Below, one piece after another: positions 15,099 to 28,119 of a stretch of DNA of 64,000 nucleotides (position 1 is its first letter; each line of letters begins with the position of its first letter). Made by a program: the position numbers and the translations under genes. Source of the stretch: Octopus sinensis (lineage: Eukaryota). The notes under the pieces were generated by a model that ran no database searches, was not told the DNA's origin, and was given only the letters and a program-made list of their open reading frames with translations. The stretch covers positions 95,976,001 to 96,040,000 of the forward strand of contig NC_042997.1 of assembly GCF_006345805.1 (NCBI RefSeq). The letters run 5' to 3'.

Positions 15099-15380
15099 GT
15101 GAAAGCGCGGCTCAGTGGTTAGAGCGTCTAGCTTACGATCGTGAGGTTGTGAGTTCGAATCCCGGCCGGGCTGCGTGTTGAGTTCTTGTGCAAGACACTT
15201 TATTTCACGTTGCTCCAGTTCAGCTGTAGAAATGAGTTGCGACGTCACAGGTGCCAAGCTGTATCGGCCTTTGCCTTTCCCTTGGATAACACTTGTGGCG
15301 TGGAGAGGGGAGGCTGATATGTATGGGCGACTACTGGTCTTCCATAAGCAACCTTGCCCGGATTTGTGACAAGGAGGGTA
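15099..15380 (+). mobile_element. tRNA-derived SINE (family B)
   Basis: A box CGGCTCAGTGG and B box AGTTCGAATCC, followed by a non-tRNA body. A second copy lies at 14010-14324. Confidence 0.85.
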
Positions 15381-16974
15381 AAAATTGCGACCAGTACAGC
15401 AGTCTTATAGGTATTTTAACATGAATACACCTATGTGTTATACAGAATAGCAATTCCTCCAGCTAATTGCCTTAACGCTTACACAAATAATGATTTAAAA
15501 TTTTCGCACAAGGCCATCAACACTAAGGGAGGGTGAAAGTTGATTATATTGCCCTCAGATTAGATCGCCCCAGTACTCATAAAATAAGACCAGTTTTAAA
15601 TGCCTCACTGAAATAGTTTAGAAGTAGCAATGTGTGTCGTGTGTATGTGCGCGCGCGTATTTTTAATGGCAAGTGGTTAAGCCAAGGTTTATTGCTCAGT
15701 CATGCAATGAAAGAAAGAATTTGACCTAGAGACAATAACTCCTATCTATTAATCTCTTTATCTTACTTACACACGTATACTTACACACTTATACTTACAC
15801 ACGTATACATACTTACACACGTATACAAACTCACACACGCAAATATACACACACATACATGCACACATACTCACCGATACATATATACATTTTCAGGAAT
15901 ATTCTGTTGGTTTCCATTCTTTTTTCTTCTCGCATTGTCCCAAATACAGCAATAATTCGCTCGGGATTTTATAGCTGCTTTGGTACTGGGGAGTTTTTTA
16001 TTTGAACTAATTGATGTCTCTAAGGTGGCAAAATCTATGATTATTTATCATAAAGGTGAATCCATTACACTTTTTAAGAAGTCAAGAAACATCTGTATAC
16101 TGAAAAAGAGCCTCTTTATGCCAGATAACTGGGAGGAGGAGGGCCACCCTCTACTGAGTGCTACACACCCTTCGTAGCAGGGGCCCCAATGTCCACCGAG
16201 GTCCCAGAACAGTTGCCCTTTTTTCGGCTTCTCTCTCCAATACATGAATCGCTCTTTTTCTTGACCTCGATTGTAGGTAGGGCACAGTGTATCTAACCAT
16301 AATCACAGAATATCCCCTGGGCAAGTAGTTTCAGCTGGATATTTACTGAATCAGTACAATTTTTAATGGAAATTTCTAACTAGATGTCTTTGCATATGAT
16401 GGTACATTTAGTAAATAGACATTCGTGCTGACAGTGTTTAGACATATATCGTTTTGTCTAAATTGGAAGTCTCACTCTTATGTTATATACGATGAGATTG
16501 AATTATTTGCGATCCATGTAACAGATGTTGCAGTCATCTGATTAATTTTAAATTAGATGAAACTCCCTAAGAAAATATTTTACTTTCCGTTATTCTACGC
16601 TTCGATAATTTGATTTCTTCCATTTTAGCACTAATCTGTACTTTCCCTACTTCCATTATGTTTTCACTTCAAAGAGTGAAAGAATCAGTTTCTATACTTA
16701 CAATATATATTGATATTATTGATATTTTAACACAAATCGATTTGGGACATGGGGAAAAACTATTTAGAGAAATATTACGCACAAACACGTCAGCTCGATT
16801 ATGTATTTCTGATGATTATGTGTATGCTTAAGTGTAAGTGTGTAACTGCCTATACAGTTTGATGTCAAATTTAAAAATATGTGTTTTTAGCGTAAATCTC
16901 AGGCTGACACCGATAGCATGTGCGATGGTGGTTCTAATGTCGTGTGCACTTGAAGGTGAGTAGTCCGGCTAGCG

Positions 16975-17665
16975 AAAGCTAGATTCGAACGCATTCTAAG
17001 GAACGACGAAAACGGTGTATGCCCCCTATACCGCAACAAGTTCTGGAATAGGTTAGAGAGGGACACCAACAAAAAGATGAGAAACGTTACTTGGTACGAT
17101 AACAGGAGATTTCACGGAGTAATGTTCGTTGACGCCACACCTAAGAACGAGCTAAGTAAGGCATTCAAGAAAATCCTGCGCACTACGGGCCTAAAAATTA
17201 AAGTTGCAGAAAAGACAGGTATGACTATCAAATCGGCATTATGCAGGTCATATCCATTTGATAGTATCATCTGTCAAAGTAATTGTGCAGTATGTTCGAC
17301 AAATCCACATGTAAATTGTAAAACCAAGGGCACTGTATACCAGATTAAGTTCCAGGAGGGAGCTTGCGCGACTAACCTAGAATCATACATAGGTGAGACT
17401 TCTAGAAGCATCAATGATACGTTCAAAGAACAGCTGGACAACTACATTGAAAGGAAGCCAAACTCCATCTTCTACCAACATGCCCGTAGACTGCCACAAG
17501 GGATCCTTAGGGAAACTTAAGTTGAACATCCTATCAACACATCCCACCGATGCAATGTTGAGACAGGTCACAGAAGCTGTTTGTATACAAGAATACAAAC
17601 CTACTCTCAACCGAAAGTCCGAATGGAGTAACATCCAGATCCCATTCAGAAGGACTATTCTATAA
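16975..17665 (+). mobile_element. Penelope-like element 3' fragment encoding GIY-YIG endonuclease (Naiad-like), one frameshift
   Basis: ENGVCPLYRNKFWNRLERDTNKKMRNVTWY..VMFVDATPKNEL..CQSNCAVC..CKTKGTVYQI..YIGETSRS..; after a frameshift near 17485-17490, DCH..DAMLRQVTEAVCIQEYKPTLNRKSEW. Confidence 0.85.
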
Positions 17666-18016
17666 CCACCCCTCTCTCTCTCTCGTTTACTTGTAGTCCT
17701 TACATACAGGTTGCAATGCGTATGTGCAGTTATATATAACAGTATGAGCGTACGTTGTTTGATACGTACAGTTGCACTTAGGCGTTGTATCCATTCACGG
17801 TTAGACGGTGATGAGAGGAACAAACACACACCCACACACAGATATGTATGTGTGTGCGTCTATACAAACATATATGTGAATATGTATACAACCTTCAACA
17901 AAGTAACAGTCATGTACACAACTTGGACGGACACATGCCAGTACACGGACATACGTTCACATACACATACGCATGTACACACTCTCACAGACACGTCTGG
18001 CCATTCTCCTAGACAC

Positions 18017-18620
18017 TCACATACATACGTAGCACATGAGTACAAACATACATACATACATACATACGCACATACATACATACATACGCACATACATACA
18101 TACGCACATACATACATACGCACATACATACATACGCACATACATACATACATACATGCATACACAGGCGTATGTACGTACATGCATACGTACATACATA
18201 CATACATACATACATACATACATACATACATACGCACATACATACGCACATACATACATACGCACAATAGTAAAACAAAAGTTCTGTGATATAGAGATAA
18301 AGATCTGATAATAGGTTTTAGGGTATAGTTTTGGGAGTAAGGGTCGTAAATCACTTCCAGGCTTCGGCTGGAGGAAGTTGAAATTTGATAGTATTGTGAT
18401 GAGTGGTCACTCTACATCTATCCATCGCTACAGGTTTATAGCTTTATGTTTATAGAGTGTATGTGCGTGCATATACACACATACATATATACATACATAC
18501 ATACATACATACATACATACATGCATACATACATGCATACACAGGCGTATGTACGTACATGCATACGTACATACATACACACATGTATGCATACATGCAC
18601 ACATACATACGTACATATAT
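18017..18620. repeat. (CATA)n tracts with a duplicated ~50-bp variant block
   Basis: CATGCATACACAGGCGTATGTACGTACATGCATACG occurs at about 18155 and 18532. Confidence 0.9.
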
Positions 18621-18858
18621 ATGACGAACTAACTGTTACTTTCTCAGATGCAGCACGGATTTTTGTCTGTGAACAGGTCGTGGATTTTAGCGACGAAAAT
18701 ATTTTGACAAATTAAACTTAAATGTTGAAGTGAATCGAACGGCTTTTGTGTGTTTCTTAAATGGCTTATAAACACCTTCCACGCTGCAATTGTTTTCGTT
18801 TCAGCACACGATCTCAGATCAAGTTACTTGCTATGCGAGTACCTCTCCTACATATATA

Positions 18859-20467
18859 CAGTTGAGGCCAAAATGTTCAGAACGGCATTGTTTTCGTCAG
18901 GAAAGTAGATATAAGTTTCTATCAAAGTTGTTTTATATTCTATAATTTTTACAGACAATAAATACAATATTTATTGTTATTGTCTGAGATTTTGGTGTAA
19001 TAATACAAAAGTTACGGATGATTTAGTGATTTACTGCAAAACACATGGCGGCCAAAATGATCAGAACGGTTGAAAAAATAACAAAATAATCAAAAATGAC
19101 AGAGAATACTGGAATTATTTAATATTTAGTGTGAAGCCCTTTAGCTTCAATCACACTCTGACATCTTCGACTGCATGAGGAAATTAAATTTTCAATTTCT
19201 TGCTGGGTGATCTTATTCCATTCTTCCTGAAGGGCATTCCATAATTGCTCAGTTGTTTTAGGATTTCTGGCTTTCGAACGTTCTCCTAGAATATTCCACA
19301 CATTTTCAATAGGATTGAGATCTGGGCTTTGAGCTGGCCAATCCATAACAATAACCTTTTCAGCCTTGAGGAAATTCATGACCACCTTAGCCTTGTGACA
19401 TGGGGCATTGTCCTGCAAGAATATGGGTGATCGCTTAGTTGAATTTCTCAGCACAGGCAAGACATGATCTTTTACAAGTTGTTTATAAACTCCTGCATTT
19501 AACTTTCCATGTAATCGCACCAAAGGGCCCACACCATCTCCAGATATCATTCCCCAAACCATGACACTTCCTCCACCGAATTTAACACTAGTCTTAAGGC
19601 ATTTAGGCAACAATTTTTCACCTACTTTTCTACGAACGTAGCTTTTCTCATCTGAGCCAAATAGAATAAACTTAGATTCATCACTGAAATGCACCGTTTG
19701 CCATTTTTCTTGAGACCACAACACATGTTCGGTTGCAAAGGTAAGACGACACTTTTTATTCTTGGAGCTGATCAGTGGCTTCACTGCAGGTGCTCTTGCT
19801 TGTAGGTCACGTTCAACTAAATGACGAGACACAGTTTTTCAAGATAAAGTTTTCTTTACTACAATGCTCATTTTCCGAGAAACAGCAGCAGCAGTTTAAA
19901 ATCTGTCCTTTTTAACCAACCTTACCATAGCACGATCTTCTCTCTTGGTCGTTTTTCTTGGTCTACCTGTAAACTTTCTTGCTTCACACGAACCACAATC
20001 ATCGTAGACTTTAAGAATACCGTGTACAACACTTTTTGACTTGTTAACAATCTTTGCAATAGATCCAATACTTAAATTATACTTCCTTCGAAGCTTAATA
20101 ATCTGCTGACGAATTGGTAACGGAGTAAGTGGCATTATATTAACAAAGTACACTGCAAATATTCTTACTAATGTTTAGTAAACGAACCGTCACGTAAACA
20201 AATTCAAAACATTAGAGTTCGCCGGTTAAATATAATAAAGCACGGAGTAAAAGCAACCGTTCTGATCATTTTGGCCGCCATGCGTTTTGCAGTAATTCAC
20301 GAAGTCATCCATAACTTTTGTATTATCCTTTCAAATTACACCAAAATCTCAGACAATAATAAATAATATTGTATTTATTGTCTGTGAAAATTATAAAACA
20401 AATTTGATAAAAAATTATGTCAACTATTCTGACGAAAACAATGCCGTTCTGAACATTTTGGCCGCAA

Positions 20468-20470
<3 letters not shown>
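18859..20470 (-). mobile_element. Full-length Tc1-family DNA transposon, IR/DR type, TA TSD
   Basis: TA|CAGTTGAGGCCAAAATGTTCAGAACGGCA ... TGCCGTTCTGAACATTTTGGCCGCAACTG|TA. TIRs are about 215 bp (18859-19072, 20255-20470), each with outer and inner GGCCAAAATG[TA]TCAGAACGG repeats. Confidence 0.97.
19119..20135 (-). pseudogene. Tc1 transposase (DD34E), 338 codons with two in-frame stops
   Basis: MPLTPLPIRQQII..GRPRKTT..FSDESKF..KFGGGSVMVWG..FLQDNAPCH..WPAQSPDLNPIENVW..KGLHTKY. Both track ORFs are in one frame. Stops are TAA 19898-19896 and TGA 19841-19839. 34 residues lie between the second D and E. Confidence 0.95.
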
Positions 20471-20503
<33 letters not shown>

Positions 20504-21033
20504 CGGTTAAAAATAAAACGTTTGTATTTTCCATTTAAAAATTCCTTACGTCCCTATTTGGTGGTCGTATCCTAAAAATACAGCCTCACCAGTTAATTTA
20601 CATCATTTACGGAAGTTTAAATTAGCTCATATATAGAAATGTATAGAGAGAATGTCACCCTTTAATATTTTAATATCATTATATATATCAACACCCAATT
20701 TATATTTTTTAGTCTTGTTTAAAACAGACATGACTCAAAGAACAAGAAACAAGAACACATTACAATATTATTAATAATACCATATCTATGTAATTCTAAC
20801 GTCATTTTAGTTTTTATCTTAGTTACCGACCAATACTTTCTGACAAGTCGGATTTTCTAATATGGAAATCTCTGTCTTTCTACACGAAACAAATTGTATA
20901 GCAACATCAGTAATAAAAGCTATAATCCTTTTTAATATCTTGTTTCCGCTATTTACATAAACATGAATGAATTTGTTGAACTGTGTTTAATAAGTTAAAT
21001 CATATACTTTATATACATACATACACATATATG

Positions 21034-21088
<55 letters not shown>

Positions 21089-23344
21089 TATGTATGTATG
21101 TATTTATGTATGAATGTATAAATATCAAGTGTTACGTCTACAATCACCAGCAAAGAAAGAATCGTGATATAATATCATACATGATATCTATATTGGTAAA
21201 GTGTCGTGTATTTTACATTGGGAAAGCGAAACAGAGCTTTTAATTAGATTTAGCTGAATTAGTCGAACACTACATAGCGTTAAAATCAATGTATCAGTAA
21301 GATTTTGCCCTATGTCTATTATATCTCTTACTTGTCAGCCTGTTTGTCAACCTGTTTTCAGTAATCTGGTTAATTGATTATATACATTTTCTGTAATATA
21401 TATCTGAATCCATCTGAATTTCAAGCCCCACTGAGTTCTTTTAAAAGTTGAGAATAACTTACTTCGAAGCAGTACGGAACTACTGTGCTCATGTTGTTGG
21501 TAGATTACTATGTTGTCATCATGTAGTCATTTGCTGCTCTATAGGATATGAACGCAAAAATCTACGATGTTTGATTTTGATTTTGATCAAAATTTCGCTA
21601 AAGCTAAATACATTATACGGATAAGATAGGATATTGTTACGAAATAAACAACACACAATATAAAGGACTTAATTAAGCATGAAGCTGCAAATCTACGTTA
21701 ATTACAGTAAGTGTGGGATATTCTGTGATTATGGTAGATACACTGTGCCCTACCTGGCTACAATCGAACTCAGGAAGGAGCGAAATTGGGCGATTCATGA
21801 GCTGGAGAGAGAAGCGGAAAATTCTTCATCATTGGTATGACACATGTTTACGAGTGGAAAAATAAAAGTGAAACCAAAAGGAATTCATTGGTGTACCGTA
21901 AAACAAAATAATGTAGCTTGCTTGGAGTAGATATAGTGGTATATAGATAGATGTATGTATATATGCGTGTATAGTATACGCACATATATATCTATTTGCA
22001 TAACATATTTGTGTATGCGCACAAGGACACAATTTTCAAAGGAAGGTTAATTAATTGAAAAGGAATGGAATATATGTTTTAGGTTGTCATGCACTCAGAT
22101 GAAAAATAAAAGAGCTTTCTGGGTTTATGGATCATAAAATTCTAAACTGCACACAGGATATTCTACAATCAAATTATAGTGGACGAATTATTAAAGTTCA
22201 TTTGTTGCACTCTTTGCGGTATCATGTGTGTGTCTTTTGCTTTGTTTTGTTTTTTATTTCTGTTTGTGCACCTTTTCATCAGTCAACTACAGTGCTGTTA
22301 TCTCTTACTTCAGAGTCTGATTTATTCTTTTATGTACTATGATAAAAAACTATTCAACCTACCACAGCCACGTATATAACTAAATTCTCTCATCTAGTTT
22401 AACACAGTAGTCTAGATCGTTGATACCGTAACGATGTGTGCATCACAGTATGAATCCTAAAGCTTTAATGGCAGTTACGCAATCTCCGAAAATCTAACAA
22501 TGTAATTTCCTTATAAAATTATGCGTATATAACAAATATTCTTTACAAGCGTTTTATCAGTATTGTAAAGAGTATTCGATATCATAAACTTTTAAACATG
22601 CCGAAATCTAGTATCTGTGGTGCATTCGTAAACTGTAGTAGTATTTGAACTAACAGATTGAATCCGTTCTCTATCATATGCAATAGAAATAGTAACACTT
22701 TTCAAACTTAATAGTAAAAGAGATAACTGCTCAGTAGTTGAAAGAAGAATAAACAAAATAAAACATAAAACAAAAGAAAAAAGGAAAATATACAACGTCA
22801 AGGCTGCAAATCTAATTACGTTCGCCGTAATTAGATTTCACCATATCCTGCCTGCAAGTTAGAAATTTATGATCTCCAAACTCAGAACAACGCTTTTAGG
22901 TTTCATCTGATTGCTTGCCAGCCCATAATATATTCCATTTCTCTTTAGTTTAGTAGCCTTCTCTTGATAATCGTTTGTATGCACATAATCGTATCTTTGG
23001 TTGTATGTGTGTGTGTAATTACACACACTTAAATACACACACATCTAGCTTGATGCAACTATATCCATTCCAGCCAAGCAACGTTATTCTCTTTTGCGAT
23101 TCCTGGAGGAATTTGTTTTGGTCTCACTTTATTCTTCTTCTCCCAAACATTTGCTATACCAATGATGAAGAATTTTCTGCTTCTCTCCCTGGCTCATGAA
23201 TCACTACGTTTTGCTTGTTCTTGAGTTCGATTCTACTCGGGTAATGAAACTGAATTTGTCTTTAGAAGTTAAAATATGTCACAAACACGTTAATTATCTT
23301 AATGTTCATTTATTCCTCATCACAGCCGGATGCTGGTACGGTTA

Positions 23345-23555
23345 CACACGCGCGCACACACTCACACATACATACGTACATACATACATACATACATACA
23401 TACATACATACACACATACATACATACATACATACATACATACATACGTACGTACGTACATACAAACATACATACATACATACATACACACATACATACA
23501 TACATACATACATACATACATACATACATACATACATACATACATACATACATAC
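23345..23555. repeat. (CATA)n microsatellite
   Basis: Read directly from the sequence. Confidence 0.95.
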
Positions 23556-23560
23556 AAGCA

Positions 23561-24835
23561 CAGGGCGCGATGGGTAAATTGTCGCCACATCCTATTTTTA
23601 ATTTCGAGCATGCGCATTGTTTGTTTTCGATTTTCGGGACTACACATTAAAAGTAGGGTCAGCTGGGCACCGTCTGTGAGAAAAACAGCACCACGACGAA
23701 ATTTACTCAACCGTAAATTTGGAAACAACATGATGCACTGCTTGGCATTCACACCGGAAGCTTCAATACGAACATTTCAGAGTGTTTGAGTGTCAATCTC
23801 AAGATAGTGCAGGGGATTCAGAAAGAGTTGGATGAATCTAATAGTGATTACGAAGGTATGGCAGCTCGAAAAACTCACTCTGATTGTTGTGATAAGAAAA
23901 GAAACTCCTAAATTTGTTGCTGAGATGCAGGCCATCTTAGACAACGATTCCTCGAATTCAATCAGGTCCATCGCCAGAGATAAGGGAAAGTTTGAGTTTC
24001 TCATCAGGCAGGTAATGCCTGAAGACATTCGGTATTCCTCATACGAGACGGAAAAGGGCCAATTTTTATCCCAAGCCATCAAGAACAAGAGGTAAGACCG
24101 CGCTAAGAAGCTTTTGAACAAACTCAAGCATCCCCTCCAACTGAACATGCTTTGGTTTTTCTCAGATGAAAAAATTTTCTTCCAGGATCAAATGGTGAAC
24201 AAACAAAACAAACGTTGGCTTGCCGTGTCTTCAAAACAGGGTCCGAGAATGATAAAAATCAAACATCCAGTCAACATCATGGTGTTTAGAGTGATCACTA
24301 GTGATGGCGATGTTATGCCTCCATTCATCTTCCCACACAGCCACAGACTCTACACAGAGGCCTATATCAAGTGCCTGGGGGAGGTAGTGCTGCCCTGGGT
24401 CAAGAGGATGGCTGCTAGACTCTGCACCATACCACACAAGCAGAACCCAGTCGTGGCTGTGATACAATTTCTGCAATCATATCACCCTTAACATCTGGCC
24501 ACATAATTCCTTAAACTTCAACCCCCTTGATAATTATATATAGGGGCATTTGAGCGAGAAACCAACAAAACTCCTTGTAACACCAAAGATGAACTGAAGG
24601 CAAGGATTATGGCAGAATTCACCAACTTAAACAAAGAAACCGCCAAAAAGTTGCTGGAGATTCCGAAGTCGACTGGAGCCTGTGATTGAAACCAATGGCG
24701 ACTTTATTGAATAAATTTATTCTTAAGTATTTCAAGATATTTTTATGTAATTTTGTTAAATATAAGTTAAAATGAGATGTAAGTGTAATTTTCATTTTTG
24801 CGTTATTTAGATGACAATTTATTTACCGCACCCTG
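23561..24835 (+). mobile_element. Tc1/mariner DD37D (maT-like) transposon, decayed, both TIRs present
   Basis: TIRs CAGGGCGCGATGGGTAAATTGTC and GACAATTTATTTACCGCACCCTG|TA. Protein pieces WFFSDEKIF.QDQMVNKQNKRWLA, KHPVNIMVF..ITSDGDVMPPFIF, DSAPYHT and WPHNSLNFNPLDNY (WPPxSPDxNPLDY motif). Confidence 0.88.
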
Positions 24836-26129
24836 TACATACGTACATACATACATACATACATACATACATACATGCAACCCTCCACATACACACACAC
24901 ACGCATGCACGCACACATGTGCACACATATGTATGCGTTTATGCGTATGTGACGGAACTCAAATTAAACACCTTTATATATAATTCATATTCTGTAAGCT
25001 GCATCCCTAATCAATTTACGAACAAATTATTATATCAAACATATATAACTACCAATTAAATGCATATAAATTATTACACATCTAATGTGTAATCTTTCAT
25101 ATCCAAATAAATATCATGTGTGCATTCTCGAATTAAGAACTTTAAACATCACATGTATAATTTGTGTATGTATTTCATCAGCAACTATGCAATAAAACAC
25201 TATTCAAGCTTTGCAGGGATTGAAATCAGGATACAGGGTTGGTTGAATGTGTTTTCACAGACATTTTATACGCTGATTTAATGTTGTTACTCGACACTTT
25301 TTCTAATATAACTTTTATTAATTTTGCACTTTGTTTACAAAATCTGAAGTGTATTATCACTTAGATAATTGGAATAAAGTTTATTAACCACAATATCTGT
25401 AGGTGCTTCTCTATACTGCTTTCTCATAAAAATAATTAAGAATTCAGTTGATTATTTTATTTGCATTTTCAAAATTGCATTGTTTGGCACAATCATATAT
25501 CTTTTGTCCTTAGAGCTGAATTAAGATTATATTTTTATTGTTCAATGTTTTATAGTAGGTTTTACTTCCTTCATATCGGTTTGTTGAAACTGGCATTAGC
25601 TCTAAGCCAAATTAGTTTTTTATGCGTATATTTGTTTTATATATATTACTCTATGTATGTCCGTGCATTTATCAGTTCATTCCAATGTAATTTCATAAAA
25701 AGTAAAAGAAATAAAAATATTTCCCTATTTACAAATCAAACATGTTTTCGTTATATTGAATGCGAAAACATAAAGCAAAGACAAGATTATGAGGTGAAAA
25801 TTCTTGAAAATAAAGAAAAAATGCCCCCGCACGGTTCTTTAATCTTATGCTTTTCATTTCACTCAAGATTCATCCAGTTTATAAGTGTTAAGTATGTCAG
25901 TTTCTAAACCATGTGTATAACTTCCAGGCCTATAACCTTTCATTAAATGATGGGTGCAACATATTTTCTAAACAGCATTACACTGCATAATGCAGAAACA
26001 AATTAGGATATCCTATAATTGAAAGAAATACGATCGTAAAAAATAATGTATACTGTGATTCAGACAATAATTGGTGAAATATAGCTTCTAAATACAATCA
26101 TTGATATTTCAATATTCTTTGTTAGTTAG

Positions 26130-26520
26130 AAGGCGACGAGTAGAAACGTTAGCACGGTCGGCGAAATGCGTAGCCGTATTTCGTCTGCCGCTACGTTGTG
26201 AGTTCAAATTCCGTCGAGGTCGGGTTTGCCTTTCATCCTTTCGGAGTCGATTAAATAAGTACCAGTTAAGCACTGGGGTCGATATAATCAGCTTAAACCA
26301 TTTGTATTTCCTTGTATGTTCTCTCTGTGTTTAGCCCTTTGTGGGTAGTAAAGAAATAGGTATTACGTCTGTCTTTATGTTCTTAGTTCAAATTCCCCCT
26401 AGGTCGAATTTGCATTTCGTCATTTCGGGGTCGATAAATTAAGTACCAGTTGTCTTATGGGGTCGATCTAATCGACTCGTTCTCTCTCTGAAAATTTCGG
26501 GCCTTGTGTCTAAAGTAAAA
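26130..26520 (+). mobile_element. Two tandem SINE family C copies
   Basis: The core GAGTTCAAATTCC..AGGTCG..TTTGC.TTTC.TC.TTTCGG.GTCGAT.AA.TAAGTACCAGTT occurs twice (about 26200 and 26385). Confidence 0.8.
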
Positions 26521-28119
26521 AGGAATAGTCTTTTTCAGTTATCCATGAGCTAGATCAAAGATTAGCTAACATATGAGATATTTAATTTCTCAAACATTCT
26601 AAGTGCATTATAGGCTTTCGTATAATCCAATCTTTACTATGCCAGGTTTTTAAAAATGACATTGCACTTGTGAAGTTGATTCAATTTTTTATGAAATTGC
26701 TCATAATTAGATTTTCCCACGAATATATAAACATTCTTTTCATGATGCAACATTCATATGCTAAATTTCATATCTTATAGAAACCTATAGCATCACTTCA
26801 ATTCTGTAACCTTTTCTAAAATGCAACATGTGCTACAATGCGGGTAATTGAGTGTTTGAACAAGAAGTGTTTTACAGTTAGTAATAAATTGCCGACGAAA
26901 ACATGATAAAAAAAAAATTAAACCTATATTGCTTCTTTAGACAATGCAACCCAATTTTATTTTTACTAATCGTCATATCGACATCTTTTAATAATCGATA
27001 TTCTTTACATTTAATAAGATGCTGAATTATATTTCCTTCGCTCTTTCTTCCGAAGCGTGTATCTATGCTTGGCGTGTTTTACATCATACTTATACTTTCC
27101 ATACTATTTATTAATCACAAATCTTACGCAAGCATTTTGGAGTTTTAAGAGTCACGTCTATCTTTGTGATATAATTTTTTCATAAGAGTGTGTAACAAAT
27201 TTTTGTTTTGTTTGTTTTTGTTTTTGGTCAGTATTTTTTGCTATTTGCTTCTATCTAAAAATCAAAGTTAATGACTACTATTCCCTTCGAACATTGCTTT
27301 TGTGATCTGAACCTCAATATTTTTAAACTGACTTACTTTCCATTACATTCCAGACAAATTCAGCACCGAGTTGCTGAAACAGAAATATTGTTATAGTAAA
27401 TATTCTGCGCAATACCTCAGATGTGCTTGTCAGTTGTTTGATCTTAGCTACTTGAGTATGTCGATTAGTGGCAGACAACATGTCCATCGCTGACCCTGGA
27501 CAGGAGTTGAGGTAGGGAGGATCATAGCCATGTTTTGAGAGGGATTCTTAGGGCTTTGAATATATGTAACAAAAGAAAAGTTTGAAGGAAATATTAGCCA
27601 TTTTTCATTCTTTTTACGGATAAATAAATAGGAAATAACAGGTGCTGCCCAAGGCAAAAAGTCGTATTACACAGTGTAATCAATTCAGTTACTCAGCTTG
27701 TAAGCAGTAAAATTTATTTGGCTGCAAATACACGGTAACTCCATTCATTTTAGAAGTAATTTCTACCAGAAAAGAATTACTCGATCAATCGATGAAAGTA
27801 TGAGATTCAGTAGCTACAGCCGTATTAATTTTGCTTTCAATTTATGTATATTATAAAGAACACTTTTAAAGCAATCAGTTTAAAATGAAGTTGTTTATAT
27901 GCCACAGTGAAAACAAATAGAGTAGGAAGTAGCCACACGCATACGCGCACACAGCACACATATATATGCATATACTATATGTGTGTAAATGTGTATACTT
28001 CATGCGCGTTTCTCAGCAAGCGTGCTTGCGTGCGAAGAGAGGGGAGGAGAGAGACTGAGAGAAAGAGGGGAAGAACACACACACACACATATATATACAT
28101 ATATAAATATAAATATATA

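Noticed and set aside
15099-15170. tRNA gene candidates here and at 10545-10618, 59101-59175 and 59840-59915
   Set aside because: A and B boxes are present, but there is no proper acceptor stem and each continues into a shared repeat body, so they are SINE heads.
18620-18850. Repeat-looking segment immediately left of the Tc1 TIR
   Set aside because: No second copy, TIR partner or coding similarity within the window, so it cannot be classified.
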